From: Basidiobolus meristosporus CBS 931.73
Taxonomy: Eukaryota > Fungi > Basidiobolomycota
DNA: 64,000 bases
Reading direction: 5' to 3'
NCBI GenBank assembly: GCA_002104905.1
Contig: MCFE01000292.1
Span: 38,105-102,104 of the forward strand
Made by a program: the position numbers and the translations under genes. The notes beneath the pieces were generated by a model that saw only the letters and a list, made by a program, of their open reading frames with translations, was not told where the DNA came from and made no database searches. Shown piece by piece: positions 37,681 to 49,999 of the stretch; positions within the stretch are counted from its first letter, which is position 1; each line of letters opens with the position of its first letter.

Positions 37681-38751
37681 TGTAGTGGGGTGACAGTGAC
37701 ACCCACTGACAGATGTGCTCATTCCCTTATTTTCTACTTCCCTATATCCCTACTACACTTATTTTAGTTTTATCCCATTTGTCTTACCCGATCAGTACTA
37801 TCCCATAAGCCGGTTGACTATCACACGTGCTTACCTTATTGCATAAGTTACCCCTCACTTTATGTAAGATTACTAGCTACAAGTGCTTCTATATTAGGCA
37901 AGTACCTGCGCCAGTACCCCTGACACATGATCAACCTGTGTCACCATCCCTACCATTTCCATACCATATATGGTATCCCCATGTTACACAGGTTTCAGAA
38001 TACTGATTCCTGATGGGTTGGATGTGCTGTGCCTCTTAGAACCTTCCAGCACCTACTTAGAGCATTCTTAGGTCATTCTGATGTCATTAAGATTTCTATT
38101 GATATCCGGAACGTTCTGGAACACCATGATTAGTAATCACTTAGCCAGTGAGAAAAGTATATAAGGGAGGCTATCCCTCTACAATAAATCATCATCCCTT
38201 TTATCAATATACCAACTTGTTGATTAGTGTGATCACTGCTACCTGCTGCTACCTGAACTTCCAACCCCAGCCCACAGGACACTCTCAGGAAACCGTGCTG
38301 ACAGCCAACTGACCATGGAGGCACTACTTGTGAGGAATACTCAGAGTAGGTATCTTTTATTATATTTGATTCTTTCCCAAGTTTGTTCTTGTATAGGCAA
38401 AGATACTTTTCTGTCTTTGTAACTATTGACCACAGCTGCATTCTTATCAAGTCCCTGCTGGTGGAGTTTACAGTTGTTTTGACTTTGGAAGCTTTACTAC
38501 ATTGTCATCTCAAAGGATGCTGAACCCAGCTCATACTTTTGTTAAGACGCCAACTAAGTTGGGGATTGTAGCTCAATAGTTTTCCCTTGACAAGCTTGTG
38601 GCTTTATTCCCCTTCACATTAGATTAGAAACAGAACCCAAGTATTCCTAGCAAGCTTTTGCCAGAGGTTATTGCACCTAGTGAACACCCCACACACAAAA
38701 CACTTGAGGAGTGTTGGATGTATCTCTCCCTTGTACCTATACAGCACCACA
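37681..38751. mobile_element. Solo LTR (1071 bp), probably Gypsy-type
   Basis: TGTAGTGG...CACCACA ends; 4-bp TSD ACGC at 37677-37680 and 38752-38755; interrupts the accessory ORF. A truncated sister copy lies at 49316-49954. Confidence 0.85.
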
Positions 38752-40819
38752 ACGCGCAGGCGTGCCTTGACACAACTTGGTCTACTCCAATGGACTTGTG
38801 TCTAAATGAGCAGTTTGGCAAGTTCTTGTAGTTTTGCTCTGAAGCGCGTGCGTTGACTTGATGCGCATTGACTCAATGCGGGGTGTTCTGGTAAAGGGTG
38901 TTGGCGTGGTCTGGACTGACGTGCGCCGGCGCGCTGTGGTTGCAAGAGATGGTAGGGAATCCAGCAAGGTGTGCTGGTGCGATCAGGACAATGTTGCTTG
39001 CAGTCTGTATTCTTCCTCCTGAAGCTCACCATCTGATTCCTCAAGGTATTCACTTACCCTCTGTCTGATACTTTGGAGCTGTTGCCTGGATGAGTCCTGT
39101 GTATATTGCTCTCAGAAGCCACTTAGCTCTACTAATATATCACGTACTACATTAGTCATTTGAGGCAAAAACTCATTCCAAATCTCTTTGGTTCCCAAAG
39201 TTGAGGCACAAACGGACGTGTCCGGCCTGTACTGTGCAAATTGTGCGCAAAATTGTTCCCGCGCGGCTTCTTTGTCAAATCCCCTCACTCTCAGCTCATT
39301 CTTAATTTCAATACTTGTCTTGTTATATATCTTTTTACATACATTGGCTGGCATCTTGATGTAGAACTCATGCCACAGCTTTCTACTCAAATTGTTCCAT
39401 CTTTGTCAACTCTCTGAGGTATCTAGTTCTGCTAGATTAATCAGTAGTGCCCAAATATCTGTATGAAGGCTCATCATAGACACTTGGGCCATACTAAAAT
39501 CATTTGGCAAGAACTCAAACGGATGCAACATTGACTTCTCCGGTCCAGACCGTGCCTGTGAGCTGGGGGATGGGTTTTGTCTGGGTTGTACTAAAGATGA
39601 GTTGAGGCTTGGTATGGGGACCATAGCAACAGATTTGGATACGTATACAGCAGTATATTGGCATCAACCTGGTCTTTTATGAAATATATATGAAAACTAA
39701 TGTGATTGTTGAATTTTCCATATATTATGCATGATGCATCTCGGATTGCGTTGACACGGATCAGATCACATCAATTGCAGATTTCCTATTTGATTATAGA
39801 CCTATGATTGAAGCATCAATAAAAGTACCAAGGCATTGTTTGCGGATGATTTTTGCAACATAATGATGGGATACATGGCAATTGATGGAGATTTAACCAT
39901 AATGTATTAAAAATCAGATAAATAATGCAGATCGTGCCAAATTGATTTCAACCGCCTCTATACAATCATCCATCAATTTTAATATGACTTACTCATCTGA
40001 ATGGTCTTTTCTCATCAATCCCTTCACTACCACTGGATTTCCTTTTGATACACTAGAGGAGATCTATTCCAAGTACTGTGGACCATCAACCCCAATCTAC
40101 TCAAGGAGATCCCTTGTTAAGCTTCTCTGCTATTACAAGAACTATTGCCCTACAAGGTTTCATCCCACCATCCATGGCAACAAAAGTCCTAGAAGCTTTC
40201 ATTCCCAGCTGACAGCAATGGAGAACCACCTTGCAGAGGGTATGAATGACTTAGAGCAAGCTTGGAGTATTAGGTTCAGAAACTCCAATAGACTTCCATA
40301 TCCCAGAGTGTTCAGCAACAGGTTCCATATCAGGAGTATTTTGGATACCTTCCCAGTGAGGAATAACAGACCTTCTAGAGGGCAGAGGCACTTTTATTCT
40401 GGCAAGTACAAGGCACACTGTGTGAAGTTTCAAGCACTGTCTGACATTGAGGGTAACATCATCTTGTTTAGTGGGCCATTTGCTGGAAGTAGACATGACA
40501 AAGCACTCTGGGTAGAGAATCATCCAGAATTCAGTAGAGGGGAGAAATGTATGGCAGACTTAGCCTATATAGGAGAGGATTGACAGAGATTAGGATGTAT
40601 TACAGCTTATAGAAAGCCAAGGAATGGCGTGCTTAGCAGGAAGCAGAAGCTCTACAATGAGATATTTAATCATTTCAGAGTAAGGGTAGAGCACACATTT
40701 GGATATCTGAAGAGATTCAGCATATTGGCAGGTAAATATAGAGGAAAGTCATATATAGGAGAAAACAGCAGAATAGGTAAAATAGTTAAGATACTTATTA
40801 ATGCACAGTATGTTCATAC

Positions 40820-43800
40820 TGTTGCAATATTCTGAGGAGTATTGGAAGTGATGTGGAGAACTAGAAGATTTACATATTATTCACTTGTAGATTTATTGAT
40901 CAAAAGTATGGTATTTATACTTTTGATAAAGTAGAGGAAACAAACGTGTAGAGTTTGTTAAGGAAGGTCCCAAGAATATGTGTGCAAAGTTTGGGGTCTT
41001 TTGGACGACTTTGAGAAAAATAATAATCTGGGTACCTGACAATTTGGTGAAAATATTCTAAGTAAATCCCGACAAGAAATCTAGTCAGGACAGAATGCTA
41101 ATCACAGAATAAGATCTATGTGACTAAGTTAGCATGAATATTTAGGTGACAATTCAATAATTACAACACTCCCACCCAACAAAATATTCATGAGTAATAA
41201 ATACATATTGTGAGTGTGCAATCTGTAATAAGCGTATAAGATTTAACTGTTTTGCATACTGGACTAATATATTATCCAAAGGTGTATGCATTTGTGTTTA
41301 ACTTAATAGAACAAGTAACTTGGAATTCAGTATGCATATCTACTTAGTAATATGCCTAAAAATCTGAATGATCTGATCATAATACTAAACATCAACTTTG
41401 ATCAGTTGTACGGGCTTGAATAATATGCTGAGTCTAATTGACAGATCGTAATAATGGTATATAGCCTCTGGGCTATCCAATGCTTCTTATTTGAGCAAAA
41501 TTGACCCACTTTTGGTCAAGTTAAGGTTTTGTCATTTACGGCAGATCTGGAGTTTCCTTATTTCCGGCCAACAGTCTACTCCATTTAGACAACTTCACTG
41601 TGTGTCCATATTAGGCTCAGGGACAGTTACTTCCATCATATAGATGCTATATGAGGTAAAAAATAGTGACCTACTTTGGGTCAAGTTAAGGTTTTGTCAT
41701 TTACGCCTAATCCGGATTATCCTTGTTTCCTGGCACTGTGGCACATATAACATGGCCAAAAAAAGAAGATTTTTGCTCAACTCTGAGCTGGGATGGCCTG
41801 CTCCCACTTGAACCACGTCTGTTTAGTGATTCAGATCCACAAATATGATCTAGAATGGTCATCTTTGTCTTCTTTAAATAGCAATAACTTTCTTTGGACT
41901 GATTACTTCATATGCGGTAGATTCAAAGTCCATTTGCTTCTTGATTTACCCAGTTTGGTATTGGACAACACCATGGGTTGTTTGGTAGCTATTCTTAGAG
42001 TGCTTCTACTGATTTGGATTGATACAGCTGCTTTTGTCTTATCAGAATATACTTGTAGAATAGAGATTGGCGCTTTTCCAGAAGTGAGATTCTCCTTAAC
42101 AAGGGCTTTGATTATCCTTATTCTCCTGATAGTTATTTTCAACCTTGAGCTCGGTTTCCAAGGCTAACTGATCTTCTCAGTGTCTTCAGAATCCATAAAA
42201 ACCATCTGGTTGATCCTTGCACCTTTTTCTTTCAGCTCCATAGACAGCAGACATCAAGACTTCTGCACTAAATAATCTGTTCCAATGTATACTACAATAT
42301 CTAACAGATCCTGTTGAAGTTTCAAGGCTCTTCTGGGGTTTCTAGCTTGAGAACTTCGTACAAGAGGCTCCATAGAACATATCTGCATTGCCAGATAGTC
42401 CAAATATGGCCTACATAAGTTTTGGCACCATTTGGGAAGTACCCTAGTTTGCGGTAGTAGTATTTTCCATTTTTTCTTCTTTTCTTTTTCTGCTGATGAC
42501 CCAGGGATAATTCCTTTTGTGGGGTGGTTCTGGACTTCCTTGCAGGTGGGACCACGGTGTTTTTGAGCACAAGAGTCTCCATGACATCATTGTTCCAGAA
42601 TATCTGACTATTTGAGAGTGAAATAATCAAAATCGGCATCCACTTAGATCATTCATAACTTTTGATAGAGTTGACCAAATTTGATCAAATAAACTGCATT
42701 TGATAGCTAGCTTCATCAATACTTCGGTATCAGACTCCAATATATCAGTATTTTGAGTTGCAGAACTTGGCGGTGACTTGATCAATCAAAATTCTTCTGA
42801 TCTGATCCAGAGAAGTTAAATATCACCAAGTGTTTTCTCCCACTGTAATAAGTGATATATATATAACAAGTATAAAGTACTATGTTATCTTCTGAGTGGC
42901 TCTTAGCTGTGTACTGACCAACTGTTGATTGGTTGTATACTCCAATCAGGCTTGCAATTATATGCTTAACTCCTTTGGCTGGCGGTAGAATCTTCATGAG
43001 TTGATTTTGCTAAATTTGTATAATACTTTCTCCCACTGTTTTGAGACTTAAACAGAGTGATAGCACGTCTAACAGCTCCATATTTAGCTCCTGGTACACT
43101 GGTTTCAGTATCAAAACACTTGATACAATTATAGCATTCTTCTAATGGATTGTGTAGTACATATCCGTACTCCAGGTGGATATATATGTATTATATATCA
43201 TTGGGATCCTTACAATTCAGGAAGCTTGTTTCTGAGATCTTTTTCCATCAGTAGATAGTCCAGAATGGTGGCTAACAGCTCCAGTACTTGCATTCTCAGC
43301 TGTATTTTGAGTGGCAACAGATTTTTGGTAAAATCCTCCTCTGGCAATCATTTAATAATGATCTATTTTTCTTTTTTGCAATTCAGGATAATATCCTATC
43401 CAAGAGCTCGTCTAACAGTCAATTGGGGTCATATGAATACATATTGCAGTATATTTCATTGTAGATCTGGACCCTCAATTGCTGGAATTACGCAATTTTC
43501 TTCAGTAGTGGTAGAGCACCAACATACTATATTTCTTGACACAATTACATGCCAGTTTGATTGACTCTTCTTCATAACTAACTTGGATAGTTACTGAAGG
43601 CATCTTTTGAAGGCAAGGCCTTCTTCTCCACAGCAATATCCTCATAAACATAGTCCTTTAGCAGCGGTAGTCTTCTTTAACCTTAGCAGAGCAATAGTGC
43701 GGAAAGTCTTTCTCCAGACTAGCAGAAAAGGATCCAAAGCATAGTAGACACCAAGAGGACAGCAAGCTCGGGGCTCATAACCTGTTGCAAAATTCTGAGG

Positions 43801-44131
43801 AGTATTGGAAGTGATGTGGAGAACTAGAAGTTTTACATGTTATTCACTTGTAGATTTATTGATCAAAAGTATGGTATTTATACTTTTGATAAAGTAGAGG
43901 AAACAAACGTGTAGAGTTTGTTAAGGAAGGTCCCAAGAATATGTGTGCAAAGTTTGGGGTCTTTTGGACGACTTTGAGAAAAATAATAATCTGGGTACCT
44001 GACAATTTGGTGAAAATATTCTAAGTAAATCCCGACAAGAAATCTAGTCAGGACAGAATGCTAATCACAGAATAAGATCTATGTGACTAAGTTAGCATGA
44101 ATATTTAGGTGACAATTCAATAATTACAACA
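40820..44131 (-). mobile_element. Non-autonomous Copia-type LTR element: two 349-bp LTRs, PBS, PPT and a 2.6-kb interior lacking gag/pol
   Basis: LTRs at 40820-41168 and 43783-44131 (3 mismatches seen); TSD CATAC at 40815-40819 and 44132-44136; PBS GGTTATGAGCCCC at 43782-43770; PPT GTTGGGTGGGAG at 41180-41169. Confidence 0.9.
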
Positions 44132-47004
44132 CATACAAGAAGACATCCACTGAGAGAAATGTGTCTGGAGCATTATGAAGAGTAAATAAAGCAAGGAATG
44201 CACTACTCTGAGCAACATAAGTGAGATTGAGTAAAATTACCAGTAACTGTATCATACCACTGGCATCATGGTAGAAATTATAGTGCCAGATAGTGCCGTA
44301 GAGTGCCAGATCAATCCAGCACCATAAACCGGCTGGCACTATGTTGCACTATCCAACGGAACAAGTCTAATGAGTGCAATGCTGCAGCTTGGCCATGCTG
44401 AATTGCTCCAGATGATGCAACTGAGCCGGCCTGCAGTGCTACATGCTGACATGCTCTTTTACTTGCCAAAGGCTCTGGTTTTGGAGGCACTTCATGTGAG
44501 TAATCATCAGTCAGTTCACCAGAAGAAACTTGCTGATAGTCAGGTGTAATGGCGCGCGCAGATGCAACTTGATGCGCTGACATAGCCTTTGGTTGAGTTT
44601 GATGTGGTGCTGCTTGTTGACACAACTTGGCCTGCTCCAATGGACATGTGTCTTTTTGAGCAGTTTGGTGGGTTCTTGTGGTTTTGCTCTGAAGCAAGCG
44701 CATTGACCCAATACATGTTGAGTCAATGTGGGGCGCTCTTGTGAAGGGTGTTGGTGTAGTTTGGACTGACATGCACTGGTGCGCTGAAGTTGCAAGGGAT
44801 GATAAGGAATCCAGTAAGGTGTGCTTGCGTGATCTAGACAATGTTGCTTGCGGTCTGCATTCTTCCTTTTGAAGCTCACCTTCTGATTCCTCAAGGTATT
44901 CACTTACCCTGTGTCTAATACTTTGTAGCTGTAGCCTGCATGAGTCCTGTGTATATTGCTCTTGGAAGCCACTTAGCTCTACTAATATATCATGTAATAC
45001 ATTAATCATTTGAGGCAAAAACTCTTTCAAAATCTCTTTGGTTCCCAAAGTCAAGGCACAAACAGACACGTCCAGCCCATACTGAGCAAATTGCGTGCAG
45101 AAACGTTCCCGCGTGGCTTCCTCATCAAATCCCCTCACTTTTGGCTCATTCTTGATTTCAAAACTTGTCTTGTTTTATATCTTCTTACATACATCTGCTG
45201 GCATCTTGATGTAGAACTCATGTCACAGCTTTCTACTCAGGTCCTTCCATTTCTGTTGACTCTCCAAGGTATCTAGTTCTGCTAGATTAATGAGTAGTGC
45301 CCAAATATCTGTATAAAGGCTCATCATAGACACTTGGGCCATACTGAAATCATTTGGCAAGAACTTGAATGGATCCAACATTGCCTTTTCTGGTCCAGAC
45401 TGTGCTTGTGAGCTGGGGGATGGGTTTTGTCTGGGTCAAACTAAAGTTGAGTTCAGACTTGGTATAGGGACCATAGTGATGGATTTGGATACTTATACAG
45501 TGGTGTGTTGGCATCAACCTGGTCTTATATGAAATATTTATGAAAACTAATGTGATTGTTGAATTTTCCATATATTAAGCATGATGCATCTTGAATCACA
45601 TTGACACAGATCACATGATATCAATTGCAGATTTCCTATTTGATTATAGACTTGTGAGTAAAACATCAATAAAAATACCTGGTCATTGTTTGAGGATGAT
45701 TTTTGCAACACAATGATGGGATACATGGTAATTGATGGAGATTTAATTATAACGCATGGAAAATCAGATAAATAAAGCTGATTGTGCCAAATCAATTTGA
45801 ATCACATTGGCCTGTTCATCTACCAATTTTAATATGACTTACTCATCTGAACGGTCTTTTCTCATCAATCCCATCACTACCACTGGATTTCATTTTGACA
45901 CACTAGAGGAGATCTATACCAAGTACTGTGGTTCATCTACCCCAATCCACTCAAGGAGATCCCTTGTTAAGCTTCTGTGCTATTACAAGAACTATTGCCC
46001 TACAAGGTTTCATCCCACCATCCATGGCAACAAAAGTCCTAGAAGCTTTCATTCTCAGCTGACAGCAATGGAGAACCACCTTGCAGAGGGTATGAATGAC
46101 TTAGAGCAAGCTTGGAGTATTAGGTTCAGAAACTCCAATAGACTTCCATATCCCAGAGTGTTCAGCAACAGGTTCCATATAAGGAGTACTTTGGATACCT
46201 TCTCAGTCAGGATTAACAGACCTTCTAGAGGGCAGAGACACTTTTATTCTGGCAAGTACAAGGCACACTGTGTGAAATTTCAAGCACTGTCTGACATTGA
46301 GGGTAACATCATCTGGTTTAGTGGGCCATTTACTGGAAGTAGGCATGACAAAGCACTCTGGGTAGAGAATCATCCAGAATTCAGTAGAGGGGAGAAATGT
46401 ATGGCAGGCTTAGCCTATATAGGAGAAGATTGACAGAGATTAGGATGTATTACAGCTTATAGGAAGCCAAGGAATGGTGTGCTTAGCAGGAAGCAGAAGC
46501 TCTACAATGAGATATTTAATCATTTCAGAGTGAGGGTAGAGCATACATTTGGATATCTGAAGAGATTCAGCATATTGGCAGGTAAATACAGAGGAAAGTC
46601 AAAAATGGGAGAAAACAGCATAATAGGCAAAATAGTTAAGATACTAATCAATGCACAGTATATTCATACAAGAAGACATCCACTGAGAGAAATGTGTCTG
46701 GAGCATTGTTAAGAGTAAATAAAGCAAGGAAAGCCCTACTCTGAGCAATATAAGTAAGATTGAGTAAACTGTTTCAACAGGTGTTGTGTTATAGATTATT
46801 GGGATTTGACCAGGCTAATGTATGGTTCTGTTGTTAGGGAAGATAGGCTCACAATCCAACAGTCAGCCTTCTTTGTTAGAGCTATCACTCTGTGTGCCAT
46901 ATTCAGAAGGCTGAGGTGAGCCTAAAAGTGTTACAATCTCACCTGACTCAGTTTGCGCAAGGTGACAAAGACAGTTAGGTGCCAATACAAAAGTATCAAC
47001 TGGC

Positions 47005-49312
47005 CAACAAGATAATGTTGGTATAGTAGTGACTGATGAATAGATAAATATAACTAGTGTGGCAAAGCACTGCCATGATCCATATAATACTTCCTACACT
47101 GTCTGTATGCTTCATGGCTGAGAGGCTTGCTACAATAGCCACATGGTCTTTTTTCTCTTCAATTATGGTGTTGAATCAAAGTAGTATTGTTCATTGGGCA
47201 AACAGTCAAACCTTCAACAACAAAATGCTGTTATATCACTTTTTAGTTAATACTCATGTAAATTTACAACAGTCTTGTATTTGAGACATTGCACATACAT
47301 GAATGCATATTCAGTGATGACCTGCCATAGTAAGCATTATGAGTAGAGTTGTGGCACCACATACATATGTATATGAAACACTATTTCCCCTTTAGTTTGA
47401 CTCACTTCCATATATATGCTGCCAAAAAATAAAGCAAAGTTGTATGGTTCCCAGCCAAACCCCACCACTGATGGCAGCAGAAGAACAGTTGGACAACAGC
47501 TTGCTTTGACATTCAGTGCAACAAGCAGAGCTACATCCAAAAAAGGCCATGTTGACAGTGTGCCCACAGAAGGTAATGATGTGGACTCCTCAGGCTCTTA
47601 GTCAAGTAGGTAATTGAGAACCTCTGTGGAGTTACAAGCTGACTGTTATGCTCAAGCAAATGAGAATGTAGCAAATGCAGTACTCTTAGTTGAAGACAAG
47701 CAAGTGGCCATCATAACATCACCACCACCCATATTAGCAAGAGTGTTGTCAGCTTGTACCAAAGCATTAATGAAGCAATTAGGTGCAGTGGCTGATAGGA
47801 TAGATGCAATGGTCCAGAGAAATCAGGAAATAGTCCAGAAACAGGATGAGTGGATAAAACATATAGAGCAATCAATATCCCAGGTAGAGAAAGCAGTATC
47901 TTTGCTGCTAAGAAAAAACTCAAGTAGCTCAGTGTCACAGCCAAAAATTGAGCCATTTCCCAATGTAACAACAGAGGAACACCATACTGTCTTTGAAGCA
48001 CAACAACAGTGCCCAAAGATAAAGCCCACAGAAAAACCTATCACAGCTTGGGAGGGAGATATTGTGGTGTTTATACCAAAGCCTAAAAATCAAAAGACAC
48101 TAAAGATCCATAAAGCTGTTGAGTGCAATAACAAAGAGTGGGCTAATATTCAAGTGGCGGTCAGAAGTGTATAACACCATTACTGTAAGGCCAGCATATC
48201 ATGGGGTCATCAGGAACTCAAGGCTAAGCAGAATGAACTTGACTTATTCCATAGCATTATCCTGGATTCAGATGGGCAAACAGATTTTAGGGCAGCATTG
48301 GTATGCTAAGAAAGTATTGTAAGAGTAGCAGAAACTAGCAAAGGCAGAAGAATGAGGGTGCCATGTCTAAAAACCAGTGACTTCCTCAAGAGTCCATTAC
48401 ATGCAGGGTTTAAAGCTCCAAACAAGCATCAAAGAAATTTCAGGTAGCTGGAAGAGTGCCAATAAGGGATAAGCAAGCAGACATGGATGCACCAGAACAA
48501 CTTTTATCAAGGAAAAAGTGTAGTACCACTCAAGTAGCCAGCAGTTAAAGTAGCTGTGAAGGATCTGTTGGTTGTAAAACCAGCAGCTTTCACAGGAGCC
48601 TATCACAACCATAGCTGAAAGTTCTAAACAAGCGGAAAAGAAACATTAGGTTGCCAGAAGAGTGCCAGCAAGGGACAGGCAGGCCAAAAAGGATGTGTCT
48701 GCGCAGAATTTATCAAGAAGAAAGTGTAGTTCATTTCAAGAAGCACTTGAACAAAGTAGCAGTCAAAGATCTGGCTGTGTTAAAGCAAAAGGTAAAGGGA
48801 AAAATGTATACCCAAGCCTGAGAAAGGGAGGCAGGCAAAAAAAACTACAGTTCTCAGCAATTAACACCACAAGCCTGCAACAGACTGAATCCCATCATTG
48901 CCAAGAAGAATTACCAACAAGAAAACAGCTACTTTCACAAGTGTTGGAAGCGCAGCCAGTTGAGCTTCACACCAGCAAGGTAGATGAGTTTGCAGAAAAA
49001 GGCAATTTGTCTACCATAGCCTCCACATCCTCCATTTTTGATAGAGTGGAGATCCCACCAGCAGACAAGGCCACAATGTCAAGCACTTGAAAGATTATCA
49101 TGATGCCTTCAGTGGAGCTTTGGAACATTAATAGCCACACCAAGAGGTTGTAGCACTTCTTCAAGAGCAGTGCTCAAGAAAATGTACTTGAATATTGCAA
49201 GGATTTATTGCAGAGACTAGAAGATGACAGGCTAGACCTTGCCATGATGGCTCAAGACCAGGACGTGTGGGAACCAGTGAATGAAAAATGGCATAAAGCC
49301 ATTGGGTTCTTG
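47005..49312 (+). mobile_element. Unclassified repeat family A, copy 3 (best-preserved ORFs 47416-47601, 47614-48174 and 48662-49090)
   Basis: The translated ORFs match those at 17767-18488, 34563-34889, 55909-56145 and 59111-59464. Confidence 0.7.
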
Positions 49313-49315
49313 AAC

Positions 49316-49954
49316 CTCCTGGAACACCATGATTAGTAATCGCTTAGCTAGTGAGAAAAGTATATAAGGGAGGCTATCCCTCAACATTCAATCACCATCC
49401 CTTTTATCAATATACCAACTTGTTGATTGGTGTGATCACTGCTACCTGCTGCTACCTGAACTTCCAACCCCAGCCCACAGGACACTCACAGGAAACCACA
49501 CTGAGTGCCAACTGACATTGGAGGCACTACCTGTGAGGAATACTCAGAGTAGGTACCTTTCATCATATTTGATTCTTTCCCAAGTTTATACTTGTACAGG
49601 CAAAGATACTTTTCTGTCTTTGTAACTATTGACCACAGCTGCATTCTTATCAAGTCCCTGCTGGTGGAGTTTACAGTTGTTTTGACTTTGGAAGCTTTAC
49701 TACATTGTCATCTCAAAGGATGCTGAACCCAGCTCATACTTTTGTTAAGACACCAAATAAGTTGGGAATTGTAGCTCAATAGTTTTCCCTTGACAAGCTT
49801 GTGGCTTTATTCCCCATCACATTAGACTAGACACAGAGCGCAAGTATTCCTAGCTTACTCTTGCCAGAGTTTATTGCACCCAGTGAACACCCCAAACACA
49901 AGACACTTGAGAAGTGTTGGACATATCACTCCCTTGGACCTATACACCACCACA
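49316..49954. repeat. 5'-truncated copy of the 37681-38751 LTR
   Basis: Aligns with 38113-38751 and ends in CACCACA. Confidence 0.85.
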
Positions 49955-49999
49955 CTGGGATGCTACTTACCATATATATGGTACAAGTAGACAACCATC

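Larger units (their letters stand above)
36607..44368 (+). mobile_element. Harbinger-like element copy 2, nested in copy 3 (~3.37 kb once two LTR insertions are removed)
   Basis: TIRs at both ends; AAT duplicated at 36604-36606 and 44369-44371; transposase from 39984 with TGA at 40581; accessory ORF on the minus strand, 37350-39624. Confidence 0.92.
35719..46768 (+). mobile_element. Harbinger-like element copy 3 (outer copy, interrupted at 36607-44368; right end missing or displaced)
   Basis: Left TIR at 35719 preceded by ATT. The accessory ORF is split at 36606/44369. Transposase at 45834-46712 with TGA at 46431. Homology to the sister copies stops at 46768. Confidence 0.88.

Noticed and set aside
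40500-40590. TTGACAG as an intron acceptor that would remove the shared TGA in the transposase
   Set aside because: Any upstream donor would delete the catalytic ADLxY motif.
42180-42600. Thioesterase-like ending (MELKEKGARINQMVFMDS) in the LTR cargo
   Set aside because: No GxSxG nucleophile motif and the spacing is wrong; too weak to call.
44311-44368. C-terminus of the 275-aa ORF 44311-45138
   Set aside because: Chimeric read-through into the TIR of nested copy 2; not a real protein end.
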